Assembly (NCBI RefSeq): GCF_006345805.1
Contig: NC_043005.1
Location: forward strand, 40,176,001-40,240,000
Source of the DNA: Octopus sinensis
Lineage: Eukaryota
Length of the DNA: 64,000 nucleotides
Direction of reading: 5' to 3'
Below, piece after piece: positions 26,230-38,533 of this stretch. The notes below the pieces were generated by a model, which was given only the letters and a program-made list of their open reading frames with translations, was not told where the DNA came from and ran no database searches. How positions within the stretch are numbered: the first letter of the stretch is position 1; the number at the start of each line of letters is the position of its first letter. A program made the position numbers and the translations under genes.

Positions 26230-27184
26230 GATTCAAATCAGATATTCTTCCCTTCTGAAATACCTGAAATTTAGAGAATAGGTCAACTATTAAGAGAGGG
26301 AAGAAGAAACATACACAAAAGAATAAACTTAACAGCCAGATAGCTCTTTGATTATACATGGATTCTCATAAATTTAAGTTTACTGAGTAGGTAAGATATT
26401 TGACTAACAGCTCATGTATAACAAGTTTAAATTTATTGCTGGTATTTTCTTGGTACTTTTGGCCCGAATTCTATTCTAACATTATTAATTTACTAGGTCT
26501 TTACTCGTTGCTCCGCTGCCAGTAAAAATATTTGTTAAACATGCATGTACTTTCGTTTAATAGTAGACTTTGAAATGGTAAAAGTCTGGTTTGTTACTAT
26601 GGTGACAATACTCTACCTATCTCTCTATCTTTCACATACACATGCACATACACTCTTTCTCTCTCTCTCTCTCTCTCACTGAATTTCTCTCTCAACAACA
26701 TCAACCTGTCATTATAATGAAAGTTTTTCTTGAAAGACTGTGCTACCATTATCTCTATGTTGAAAGACATACAGAAGCACACAAATGCATGCATGCACAC
26801 ACACACACAAACAATAAAAAAAATAACTACCTATATTGTTATATAATAAGTCTTTTTTTTTTTAAGCTGTTTGCATTGTATTGTTTCTATATTGAAAGAC
26901 ATACAAAAATTCACACACAGAACCAAAAAAAAAACCCTATAGTTGTGCTAACAGACTTAAAATTTCACATTTTTAATCAAAACTTGTTAGTTACTATGGT
27001 GACAAAACTGTCTAACTATCTTTCACACTCTCTCTCTCTCTCCCTGTCTATCTGTCTCTCTCTCTATATATGTACATATATATCTCAGCAACATTTTCTC
27101 CTCCCGTTCTAAAATTTGTTGTAATGTATGTTTTGATTCCTTCCCTTCTTTCCCTCCTTCTAATAGATATTATGATGAACAGAC

Positions 27185-27565
27185 AAATTTATAAACAATT
27201 TATAAGTAAGGGCAAAAGAAAAAAATTTCTCATGCCAAAATATGCCGAAAATAGACAACGCCAATGACCATGTAATTTATCACTACAAGCACGCGTTTCA
27301 AAGAAAGCCAACAGAAATTTCTAAAAAATCCCATTATTACCATATCAGACCCGATTTTAGAGTTAGTTCATAAGAACCATTGAACTAACTCTGAAATCGG
27401 GTCCGATATGGTAATAACGGGATTTTTTAGAAATATCTGTCGGCTTTCTTCGAAACGCGTGCTTGTAGTGATAAATTACATGGTTATTGACGTTGTCTAT
27501 TTTTGGCATATTTTGGCATTAGAATTTTTTTCTTTTGCCCTTACTTATAAATTGTTTATAAATTT
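27185..27565. repeat. Near-perfect palindrome, ~185-bp arms with a 10-nt loop (foldback/MITE-like)
   Basis: 27185-27370 is the reverse complement of 27381-27565 with scattered mismatches; loop TAAGAACCAT. Confidence 0.95.
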
Positions 27566-27672
27566 AACCTTTAAAGGTTTTTTTAATATGCTGGCCATTG
27601 ATAAAATTTTTGTTCGAAAAATTTTATCCTACATTAGATGTATATATATATACATACATATATATGTATATA

Positions 27673-27708
<36 letters not shown>

Positions 27709-27750
27709 CATATATATGTATATATATATATATATATGTATATATACACA

Positions 27751-28144
27751 CTAGCAGTATCGCCCGGCGTTGCTCGGGTTTGTAAGGGAAATAAATATAT
27801 AAGCATTTTTAGAGATGTAAAGTATAATAGCCATCTCAATATGGCTAACCACAAAGGGGGAGGGGTGTTACTGTAGCTTTTTACGTTCTGAGATTTAATA
27901 ATAAATTTTAGAGAGTTACTTCCCTTATATATGTCAAAAAGGATTAAAAATGGGAAAAATTGATGGTAAATTTTTTTTTAAATCGTAGACTCATCGTAGA
28001 CGCGCGCTAATACCCAGACGGTCTCGATATGAATCACGACTATAAGATACCCGGTTTTGGTTAAACTGCACCGCAAAATGTGGGAGTAGTTAGGAATCTA
28101 AATCGTAGGAGACAGACACACAACCTCACTTTTATATATAAAGA
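27751..28144 (-). mobile_element. Non-autonomous Helitron (family A)
   Basis: On the minus strand, 5' TC, a 3' hairpin CCCG-AGCAACGC-CGGG and terminal CTAG, flanked by A and T. Confidence 0.85.
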
Positions 28145-28306
28145 TTTCCTCTATTTACATAATATTGAGGTCTCTTTCTTTCTTTTGTTATCTTACTGTT
28201 TTTACCAATATACATATATATATATATATAAATATATAAATAGTTACAGAGATGTACTTGCATAGCAAGTGACTTGATCTGAGATCGTGTGCTGGAACGA
28301 AAACAG

Positions 28307-28565
28307 TTGCAGCGTTGAAGGTGTTTATAAGCCATTTAAGAAACACACAAAAACCGTTAGATTCACTTCAACATTTAAATTTAATTTGTCAAAATATTTT
28401 CGTCGCTTTGAGACCGCGACCTGTTAGCACGATATTTTTGTCAGTGAACAGGTCGCGGTCTCAAAGCGACAAAAATATTTTGGCAAATGAAATTTAAATG
28501 TTGAAGTGAATGTAACGGTTTTTGTGTGTTTCTTAAATGGCTTACAAACACCTTCCACGCTGCAA
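28307..28565. repeat. Foldback/MITE-like palindrome (~118-bp arms, ~21-nt loop), mirrored at ~31140-31397
   Basis: TTGCAGCG...GAGACCGCGACCTGTT / AACAGGTCGCGGTCTC...CGCTGCAA. Confidence 0.9.
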
Positions 28566-28929
28566 TATATATATACACACATATATATATGTATGTATGT
28601 ATGTATGTGTGTATATGTGTATGCATGTATGTGTGTGTGTGTGTGCGTGTCTGTGCTTGTGATTGTCCTCCACCACTGCTTGACAACGAATGTTGGTTTG
28701 TTTACATCCCTGTCACCTAGTGGTTTGACAAAGGAAACAGATAGAATAAGTACAATGCTTACAAAAATAAAACTGGAGTTGATTCATTAAACTACAATTC
28801 TTCAAGGCATTGCCCCAGCATGGCCACAGACCAATGGCTGGAAAAAGCAGAAGAATAAAAGAATACATTCTCTGCTTTGGTCTTATGTTCAAGGCATGAG
28901 AAAGCTTGAGTTTACATGAGAAGGCCTAA

Positions 28930-29410
28930 CAGACCTGGTAGAAACAGCAGCCAAATGTCCCTCAAATCACACCTTACTGTCTTATGTATGTATATATATA
29001 TGAGCCAATGAGGGGGACCTCTACATGGTAGCTAGACCTGGTAGAAATAGCAGCCAAATTTCCCCCAAATCACACCTTACTGTCTTATCTATGTATATAT
29101 GTATGTATGAGCCTATGAGGGAGACCCCTACATGGCAGCTAGACCTGGTAGAAATAGCAGCCAAATTTCCCCCAAATCACACCTTACTGTCTTATCTATG
29201 TATATATGTATGTATGAGCCTATGAGGGAGACCCCTACATGGCAGCTAGACCTGGTAGAAATAGCAGCCAAATTTCCCCCAAATCACACCTTACTGTCTT
29301 ATCTATGTATATATGTATGTATGAGCCTATGAGGGAGACCCCTACATGGCAGCTAGACATGGTAGAAATAGCAGCCAAATCTCCCTCAAATCACACCTTA
29401 CTGTCTTATC
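28930..29410. repeat. 107-bp minisatellite (~4.4 units here, ~2.4 units in the opposite arm at ~30505-30780)
   Basis: Unit ...GAGACCCCTACATGGCAGCTAGACCTGGTAGAAATAGCAGCCAAAT...; ORF starts spaced 107 nt apart (29025, 29132, 29239, 29346). Confidence 0.95.
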
Positions 29411-30008
29411 TTTCTGCTACTTGGATATAGGTGTTATATTCGTCGAAAAAAACTTTCCTGTCACACACTCACACACACGCACACACACACACACACACGC
29501 ACCCTCACACACACACACGCGCACACCCACACACACCCACTCACACACACGCATGTTAGCTTACAATTTTATTTATATATTTGCGTGTCTATGTGTTGAA
29601 AGAGGAAGTGGGAGGCAGAGTGAAAGAATCACTCACTACAGTAAGTCAATTACTTTCATTTTATTCGTTGCCCACTGTGTGTGTGCGTTTGCGTGTGCTG
29701 TAAACCAGACTAAGAAAAGCATTTGACACACACACCAGAATGTGAGTTTTCTGTAAATTTTGCTTAATTGGAGTTTAAATTTTAAAAACTGGACCTGGCA
29801 TGACGCAATGCATTGTACTCTTAAAAATGCAAGGTAAATTGTAATTGAAGAAATCCTATATTGTAGATTTGTATAACTCCCAAAGGGAGGCAGATAAAAT
29901 CTGCCTTTTATAATAAGAGATACATGTATATATATATATATATATACATATATATGTATATATATATATATGTATATATACACATACGTATATATACACA
30001 TACATATA

Positions 30009-30390
30009 TCTCTTATTATAAAAGGCAGATTTTATCTGCCTCCCTTTGGGAGTTATACAAATCTACAATATAGGATTTCTTCAATTACAATTTACCTTGC
30101 ATTTTTAAGAGTACAATGCATCGCGTCATGCCAGGTCCAGTTTTTAAAATTTAAACTCCAGTTAAGCAAAATTTACAGAAAACTCACATTCTGGTGTGTG
30201 TGTCAAATGCTTTTCTTAGTCTGGTTTACAGCACACGCAAACGCACACACACAGTGGGCAACGAATAAAATGAAAGTAATTGACTTACTGTAGTGAGTGA
30301 TTCTTTCACTCTGCCTCCCACTTCCTCTTTCCACACAGACACGCAAATATATAAATAAAATTGTAAGCTAACGTGCGTGTGTGTGAGTGG

Positions 30391-30421
<31 letters not shown>

Positions 30422-30495
30422 TGAGGGTGCGCGTGTGTGTGTGTGTGTGTGCATGTGCGTGAGTGTGTGACAGGAAAGTTTTTTACGACGAATAT
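30009..30495 (+). mobile_element. 5' part of a second non-autonomous Helitron-like element (family B), no 3' terminus visible; mirrored at ~29430-29920
   Basis: Begins A|TCTCTTATTATAAAAGGCAG with a subterminal hairpin AGGCAGA-TTTTA-TCTGCCT; no hairpin+CTAG end follows before other repeats begin. Confidence 0.6.
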
Positions 30496-31559
30496 AAGTA
30501 GCAGAAAGATAAGACAGTAAGGTGTGTTTTGAGGGAGATTTGGCTGCTATTTCTACCAGGTCTAGCTGCCATGTAGGGGTCTCCCTCATAGGCTCATACA
30601 TACATATATACATAGATAAGACAGTAAGGTGTGATTTGGGGGAAATTTGGCTGCTATTTCTACCAGGTCTAGCTACCATGTAGAGGTCCCCCTCATTGGC
30701 TCATATATATATACATACATAAGACAGTAAGGTGTGATTTGAGGGACATTTGGCTGCTGTTTCTACCAGGTCTGTTAGGCCTTCTCATGTAAACTCAAGC
30801 TTTCTCATGCCTTGAACATAAGACCAAAGCAGAGAATGTATTCTTTTATTCTTCTGCTTTTTCCAGCCATTGGTCTGTGGCCATGCTGGGGCAATGCCTT
30901 GAAGAATTGTAGTTTAATGAATCAACTCCAGTTTTATTTTTGTAAGCATTGTACTTATTCTATCTGTTTCCTTTGTCAAACCACTAGGTGACAGGGATGT
31001 AAACAAACCAACATTCGTTGTCAAGCAGTGGTGGAGGACAATCACAAGCACAGACACGCACACACACACACACATACATGCATACACATATACACACATA
31101 CATACATACATACATATATATATGTGTGTATATATATATTGCAGCGTGGAAGGTGTTTGTAAGCCATTTAAGAAACACACAAAAACCGTTACATTCACTT
31201 CAACATTTAAATTTCATTTGCCAAAATATTTTCGTCGCTTTGAGACCGCGACCTGTTCACTGACAAAAATATCGTGCTAACAGGTCGCGGTCTCAAAGCG
31301 ACGAAAATATTTTGACAAATTAAATTTAAATGTTGAAGTGAATCTAACGGTTTTTGTGTGTTTCTTAAATGGCTTATAAACACCTTCAACGCTGCAACTG
31401 TTTTCGTTCCAGCACACGATCTCAGATCAAGTCACTTGCTATGCAAGTACATATATAAATAACTATTTATATATTTATATATATATATATGTATATTGGT
31501 AAAAACAGTAAGATAACAAAAGAAAGAAAGAGACCTCAATATTATGTAAATAGAGGAAA

Positions 31560-31954
31560 TCTTTATATATAAAAGTGAGGTTGTGTGTCTGTCTCCTACG
31601 ATTTAGATTCCTAACTACTCCCACATTTTGCGGTGCAGTTTAACCAAAACCAGGTATCTTATAGTCGTGATTCATATCGAGACCGTCTGGGTATTAGCGC
31701 GCGTCTACGATGAGTCTACGATTTAAAAAAAAAATTACCATCAATTTTTCCCATTTTTAATCCATTTTTGACATATATAAGGGAAGTAACTCTCTAAAAT
31801 TTATTATTAAATCTCAGAACGTAAAAAGCTACAGTAACACCCCTCCCCCTTTGTGGTTAGCCATATTGAGATGGCTATTATACTTTACATCTCTAAAAAT
31901 GCTTATATAATTATTTCCCTTACAAACCCGAGCAACGCCGGGCGATACTGCTAG
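31560..31954 (+). mobile_element. Non-autonomous Helitron (family A)
   Basis: A|TC at 31560, 3' hairpin and CTAG|T at 31951-31954. Confidence 0.85.
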
Positions 31955-31955
31955 T

Positions 31956-32390
31956 GTATATATATATATATGTATATATACACATACATATATGTATATA
32001 TATATATATATATAATATATATATATGTATATATACACATACATATATGTATATATATATATATATGTATATATACACATACATATATGTATATATATAT
32101 ATATGTATATATACACATACATATATGTATATATACACATACATATATGTATATATACACATACATATATGTATATATACACATACATATATGTATATAT
32201 ACACATACTTATATGTATATATACACATACATATATGTATATATACACATACATATATGTATATATACACATACATATATGTATATATACACATACATAT
32301 ATGTATATATATATATATATATATACACATACATATATGTATATATACACATACATATATGTATATATATATAGATATATATATATATAT
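31956..32390. repeat. Compound (TA)n / 22-nt TATATATACACATACATATATG minisatellite
   Basis: Direct reading of the tandem units. Confidence 0.95.
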
Positions 32391-32391
32391 C

Positions 32392-32856
32392 ATCATCATC
32401 ATCATCGTCGTTTAACGTCCGTTCTCCATGCTAGCATATACATATATATGTATATATACACATACATATATATGTATATATACACACACACACATAGATA
32501 TATACATATGTATATATACACATAAGCACCAGTCAAACGTTACCGTTACCAGCATTGCCTTACTGGCACGTGAAAAAAACATTCGAGCGAGGTCGTTGCC
32601 ATTGTTGCTGGACTGGCTCCTGTGCAGGTGGCATGTAAAAAACACCATTTGAACATGGCCGTTGCCAGTACCTCCTGACTGACACATAAAAGTACCCACT
32701 ACACTCTCGAAGTGGTTGGTGTTAGGAAGGGCATCCAGTTGTGGAAACTCTGCCAGATCAGTTTGGAGCCTGATGCAGCCATCTTGTTCGCCAGTCTTCA
32801 GTCAAATCGTCCAATCCATGCTAGCATGGAAAGTGGACATTAAACGATGATGATGA
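32392..32856. mobile_element. Short element with ~35-bp terminal inverted repeats flanked by (CAT)n/(ATG)n
   Basis: CATCGTCGTTTAACGTCCGTTCTCCATGCTAGCAT at left vs ATGCTAGCATGGAAAGTGGACATTAAACGATGATG at right. Confidence 0.75.
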
Positions 32857-32859
32857 TTA

Positions 32860-32900
<41 letters not shown>

Positions 32901-33009
32901 CACACACATTTATATACACATATATATACATATATATATATATATACATATATTCTTTTATATGTTTCAGCCCAATGACTGTGGCCATGCTGGAGCACCA
33001 CCATTGTGA

Positions 33010-33215
33010 TCATCTTTCCACTCTCCACTTTTGTTGGAGCGTCTTTAGGTGAAGGATGGAGTTCAATGTTACTGCCCTCTTTTGAGTTTCCTGCCTAGAT
33101 ATTGGCTCATCTGGGATCTCGGTGAGCCGGAGGTGAAGTTCATGTTTGAAAATGTCTACATCCACTCCATGGAGGCTCCTCAGATGCTTTGGCAGACAGT
33201 TAAACAGCAAGTTAA
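33010..33215 (-). mobile_element. LINE 3'-end fragment (CR1/L2-like); a related fragment lies on the plus strand at ~49250-49600
   Basis: LFNCLPKHLRSLHGVDVDIFK...IPDEPISRQE vs FKGPQLFN...IPDELISRQE at 49.3-49.5 kb. Confidence 0.65.
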
Positions 33216-33580
33216 CATTTTCAGCTCTTCAATCAATAAAAAGCAAACAACGAAACAGACTGGATTTTACACACGATATGAGGGTTGCTTTATCCAGAAC
33301 CCAGCTAAATATAGACAAGTTGGTAAAGCTAAAGCAAATACAGCAGTCACATTAATCCTTCTTTTGAACAGGTTTAATTTTTCCTTAATACATCTATCAA
33401 ATATTATCCTATCTTCTATGGTTTTCAGCAAATATATATGCGAATTAAGGAAAGAATCGGAAAAAATACACAAAGAATTAAGTACTATGTCAATGCCGAT
33501 GCTCCTTTTCTTATATCGGACCTTACTTGCTACCAAACTTAATATTTGTAAAAATGGGTTTGAAAGCATAAATTATTAAT
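33215..33580 (-). mobile_element. Penelope-like RT C-terminal fragment
   Basis: SDSFLNSHIYLLK...IIFDRCIKEKL resembles the PLE thumb region. Confidence 0.45.
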
Positions 33581-33959
33581 GAATAATTAAAGTTTGGTAA
33601 AGTTAACTGTGGCCCTACTTCATGGCCTAAAAGGAAACAAAATATTAATTTTTTCATATCATTTTGCCAACATCTGGTGTCATGTTAGTGTCATTATTGT
33701 TATTTTATGCTTGCATCTAACATTTATATTTAATGGCATTATTGAGGTTTTGTGTATTCAACTACTTAAACCTAATAGTAGAATAATTGCAGAACTTTTT
33801 CATTTGATTAATCTCTTATTCCTGCCAAAATAGGCCAGGAACTGCGAGGCCTCCCAAAAATGGCCAGAGGACCACAAAGCAAAAATTTTGGAAAAGGTTG
33901 AAAACCACTGTACTAGCCTAAGGAATATCCTACCCACACACGTTTCTATATTGAGCAAG

Positions 33960-35345
33960 ATGTGGGGTGGAAACCAAATGATGTTTCTGCAGTGCTTCCT
34001 TCTGTGGCTGTTAGGACCCAGCTAGTGCCTTGTTATAGTAGGGTGTTACTGAGTCAAAAATCTCCTGGCTACAGAAAAGGTTCATGGTCATCTTGCTGAC
34101 ATCCTTCACCAGGTTTCTGAATACATTGGGTGGGTGGGTGGCAGGAAGCTGTGTTGATATACGTCATCCTCTCATTTGGCTTGCAGTAGGGGCTGTATGT
34201 ACCAGAGCTCAAATCAAGCATGACATCTAAGAAGTCCAGAGTGGTGAGATTGGTCTCGATAGTAATTTTCTGTCCCATAGAGCCATGGGTGCTAATCAGA
34301 TCTTTCCTAAGCCTATCTAGAGATGGCCAGGGCATCATCTCTATAGAGGCCAAAGAGGACAGAGGAGAATTTCATCTTTAGGACATCAAGGATATACAAC
34401 CTGATGCGGTCACATATACCAGTGCTGTCATAGGCCCCCATCACTATGTTGAAAGAACCCACGGAGTTGAATTGCTTGACCCAGGTCTGACCTTTATTGA
34501 ACAGCATTGTTTTCCTGGCATGCATAATGACATCTGTGTCCCTGTTGTTAATGTCAGTGAAGCCTCTAGCAAAGGAAAGTGTATTGACCAGTAACCCTTT
34601 TGATACAAAGAGGTGAAAATTGACTGTCGAACTGTGAGCCTTGCTCTGCCTCTCCCCTATGATGTTGCTAGAGCAACATCATAGAGAGAGGTTGGTGGTT
34701 CTCTTTATGTTGTTTTTTGATGTTCCTCAGAATGTGTTTGCTCACCAGACTGATCTCGGATTTGGCTGGGTTCATCAGGTGACATTTGGAGCTCAAGGCA
34801 ATGTTTGGTTTATGGTCTGTGATAGTAATAAAGGCATTCCTTTTAGCTAAAATCTCTACCATATCTGCTATATCAAAGTTGGCTAATTGTTTAGCTTCAC
34901 TATTGAAGTTGTATGTGTGTGGAGAGGCGCACCTATAGTTTTGTGTAATATTGTTTTCTGGCAGCCTGTCAAAAGTATGGGTGTCTATCCTATATACGTT
35001 TTAGTCTTATCTGAAAGATTAGGGACCTGTCAGAATTTTTTTTTTTTTTTTTGTAGTCTAATGTCGACACGAAGTTTACATTTGAAAGAGTAAGAGGACT
35101 TAGGGAAGTTTAGCCTAGGAATGATGGTCAGCTAGTCTGCTTTGAAGGTATCGAGGTCCTTGACCCTGGGTGGGTACGTCGTAGATTTAATCACGTATGT
35201 GTTGTTCTCCGGGGAGGGTGTGGTTAGGTCGTAGTAGAAGGCTTTCCATCGCAATCGCCTTATTAAGTCCACTTTTTGTACAGCTCGTTAGACGACGTAG
35301 AAATGTTCTTAGTGGAGTAGCAGAGATCAAAACGTTCCATATTTT
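33960..35345 (-). mobile_element. Penelope-like element remnant (RT domain, 3'-truncated)
   Basis: MERFDLCYSTKNI, LIRRLRWKAFYY, AFITITDHKPN...CHLMNPAKSEI, FNIVMGAYDST, GLYRDDAL and LDFLDVMLDL...YCKPNE across frames. Confidence 0.9.
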
Positions 35346-38223
35346 GGAGAGACTAAGTGGTGGCCTGCCGGACGTAGTTTATTGAAACTGAATTCTATTC
35401 CTGTTATTAAAGTTTCGGCGAAATCTGTGCTACTACAACTGAAACTATGCCAAAGTTTCATATCACAGCAATGATTATCAGGCATGAAATTCGGACTCAC
35501 AAGATAGTTTAAATAAATCTTATACTTTACATCACGTATTGAGTAATTTCTAGCTTACTCGTCGACAAAAAGTAAAGCCTTCATATGCTATATTAAATTC
35601 AAACCTGCAACCAGTTTGATTCTTTTCATCAGTTTGTTGTTAACCATAACATTAAAATGAATAGAAAGACGGATGTGAGAACAATCTTGCGAACAGCAGA
35701 AAACTATAAGTATTACAAAACGATTTAAGAGGCGAAGTATTGTATACAGCATATTCTCATTTTTCGTCTTGGTTGAGAAAAAACAAAAACCAGTTAATTC
35801 CTCAGTATTGTTAACTTTGAATAAAGAAGTAGTAGCGATGATGATGCTAGTAGTGATAGTGGTAGTAGTGTTATATCTCCGATATTACAAAATAACACCC
35901 GCACCGCAATTCTACATATAATAAAACAGGAGAAAAGATCGAACTAGTCACATTTTGTGTCGCCAAATAAAAATAAATTCATTGAAAGAGGGGAATAAAT
36001 TCTGTGTGCGGCTTAGCATATTGTTAAGTGTACTGCATAGAATTTTTAAGAGTTGTTACACATTGCAACATACATTTATTAAACGAGCTTTATTATTTAA
36101 CACAACTATTTATAAAACAATTAATTCATTTGAAGAAATTCCATTTCTCCCGAGCATAAAATTCATTTGAATTATTTACTCTAAACATAGTTACGTTAGA
36201 AATGTGGTCGATTAGTAAATATGTTCGAATGCATAGCAACTATATCAATTCCATACTGTAAAATATTTATTTATTATCAATATCTAGTGCACGTGGCAAT
36301 CTTTCTTTGCAGTCTACCGAGAATTGTATTAACCATGTTAATTTACATACGCGCACGCTATAAAAATAAATGGATATGTGTGGGTATGAACGATAGAGAT
36401 CAAAAAGGATATTCAATGTTATAAAAAGATTTAGAATTCATTGGAAGCTGTATCATCCCAAGTTGTTACTGCACGTTTTCCGTCGTCGATATTCAGCAGA
36501 ATATTATTGATACATTTCTGTTTACAAACGTGATAAAATAATTTTTTTATTTTATGTACTCAATAAATATATATTAGAGTTTGAATTTTTCCTAAATATT
36601 TAAAGTTATTATACTGATACTGTTCAGATTTTCGCGTCACGATAAGTTACAAGTAATTAGCTATGACGCTAAACTGCGAGTAGCAAGTTGTGATATGTCA
36701 GATTTAAATAGATAAGCATTATTGACATGTGTTTATTTGTGTAACTATTTCTATATTTTCGCAGTATGCTTACAAATACGGTGCGATTCGCATACGAGCA
36801 TGTATGCACATAATAACACGCACTAACATACGCGTACGTACATGCGTTATTAAAGTACACATACACGAAGGCCGACTAACGTGTGTTTACTTTTTAATTT
36901 TGTGATAATTGTAAATTGTGTGTATAGGTACACCTCTTAAAATTGGCGAGAGATTTATCAACAATATTCATATGCAATTTTTTATGTTCCACATCAACAA
37001 CTTTTATTGCCTCTTAATGCAAAATTTCCCTCCCCACTATACAAATAAATAAATAAATTTAAAAAGGAAAGCGAATGTGTAAGCAATAAAAAAAAAATCG
37101 TGTAACGTAAGTGTTGCGTCAGATTATCTTGCGTAGTAGACAAATTGAAGTAAATTAACACCAGTTCATTCTTTGTTGTTACTTATTTTCCCTGTTTTAA
37201 TTTTCTGGCTTAATATAGCCGTAATCAGATTCAACGTTTTTTTAACATCATATGAACACATTGTTAAACTGATATAAGTCATATCGATACCTTTATCATT
37301 TATTTGTAAATCAATTTGGAGTTTTGTCTACACCGAAGTGATAACGCGAAAAAAAGATAAAGCAAAACAGGATCAAATATATTATAGATAAAATGTATGG
37401 ACTCACCTGAAAGAAAAGAAATAACCGATGCTGAATGAGATAATTATGTAATAATAGAACAGTTTCTTCTATAAGCAGTAAAGAAAGAGAGAGAGAGAAA
37501 GAAGTCTGCTAATAATAATGGAACGGAGCGAACTTTCAGAGTTACCTGCTCCTGTATAATGAGTCTGTTAAGGGTGACACGCATTCTGTTGCAAGCATTC
37601 GTCGTTGCGTTTGAATTGGCGTGTTTGGGAAGCGAAGGTTAAATAAACTAATATGCATACATAAATACTTATGGGAGAAGTATTTGGTTTGCACGATTCT
37701 TTATGAGTTCGCGTGTTGAAGCATATTCTGTTGTGTCTGGGGAGAGTCATTTTCTTTTTGTGCCTTATAATGTAACACACTCAACGGTAAAATTTCCATT
37801 TAGTTCTTATTTTTATTTTCCTAAAATTTTCGTTGCGTCTTGCAGGAAATTTTACGGGTGAGTGTGTTACATTATAAGGCACAAAAAGAAAATTACTCTC
37901 CCCTCTCGTTATATGGAAATCGTTTTCATTATTTCCACTTGGGTGATGCAATAGTTGAGACATTAGCCATCACTCGCAAACAGATATTCCCGGTAAGATG
38001 TGCTCTATTTACTATTTGTTTTCATTCAATCAACACCAGAACATAACTAGTACTCATTTTCATTTGATTTGACAGGAGCAGACTGGAATAACGTGAAGTG
38101 AAATACCTTTCTTAGGGACACAACGTGCACACCGGAACAAGAATTGTACTCACGACCCTATGGTCATGAGTTGAACACCTTAACTATAGGACCAGGCGAA
38201 CGATTTTAGAGCACATTTTAATA

Positions 38224-38533
38224 CACCTTCACCTCGACTTACGACCATCCGTACTTACGATCACAAAAAAATAAATAAATACAAAAATAGATAAATAAAT
38301 AGATCGATTTTCGGACGTCGGACAGCTGCACGTACGATAACTATGGCAGTATCTGGCAACGCAGGGCTCCCTCAGACCCAGACATTTACTGCCTGCCGCT
38401 GTCTCTTAGTCGCTTTCAAGCATCAGTTGCGTGAATGAAAATAGTATTGAAACATATAAATCCGACAGAGGACCAGATCGACTTACGACCTCTCAGTCGG
38501 AACGGAACTCGGTCATAAGTCGAGGAGAAGATG
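38224..38533. mobile_element. Tigger/pogo-type MITE
   Basis: TA-CACCTTCACCTCGACTTACGACC ... GGTCATAAGTCGAGGAGAAGATG-TA: 23-bp TIRs with 3 mismatches and a TA target duplication. Confidence 0.8.

Larger units (their letters stand above)
27751..31954. repeat. Large inverted repeat: arms 27751-29920 and 30009-31954 with an 88-nt microsatellite spacer
   Basis: Collinear reverse-complement match throughout; the ORF track shows mirrored identical peptides (28506-28790+ vs 30914-31198-). Confidence 0.97.

Noticed and set aside
28930-29410. CRISPR-like regular repeats (also 22600-23262)
   Set aside because: Units are head-to-tail with no unique spacers; eukaryotic minisatellite or SINE arrays.
31829-32525. 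Long Y/I/H/T/C/V-rich ORFs here and at 48.8-49.1, 50.5-54.5 and 61-62.3 kb
   Set aside because: Translations of (TA)n, (CA)n and (TATG)n microsatellites.
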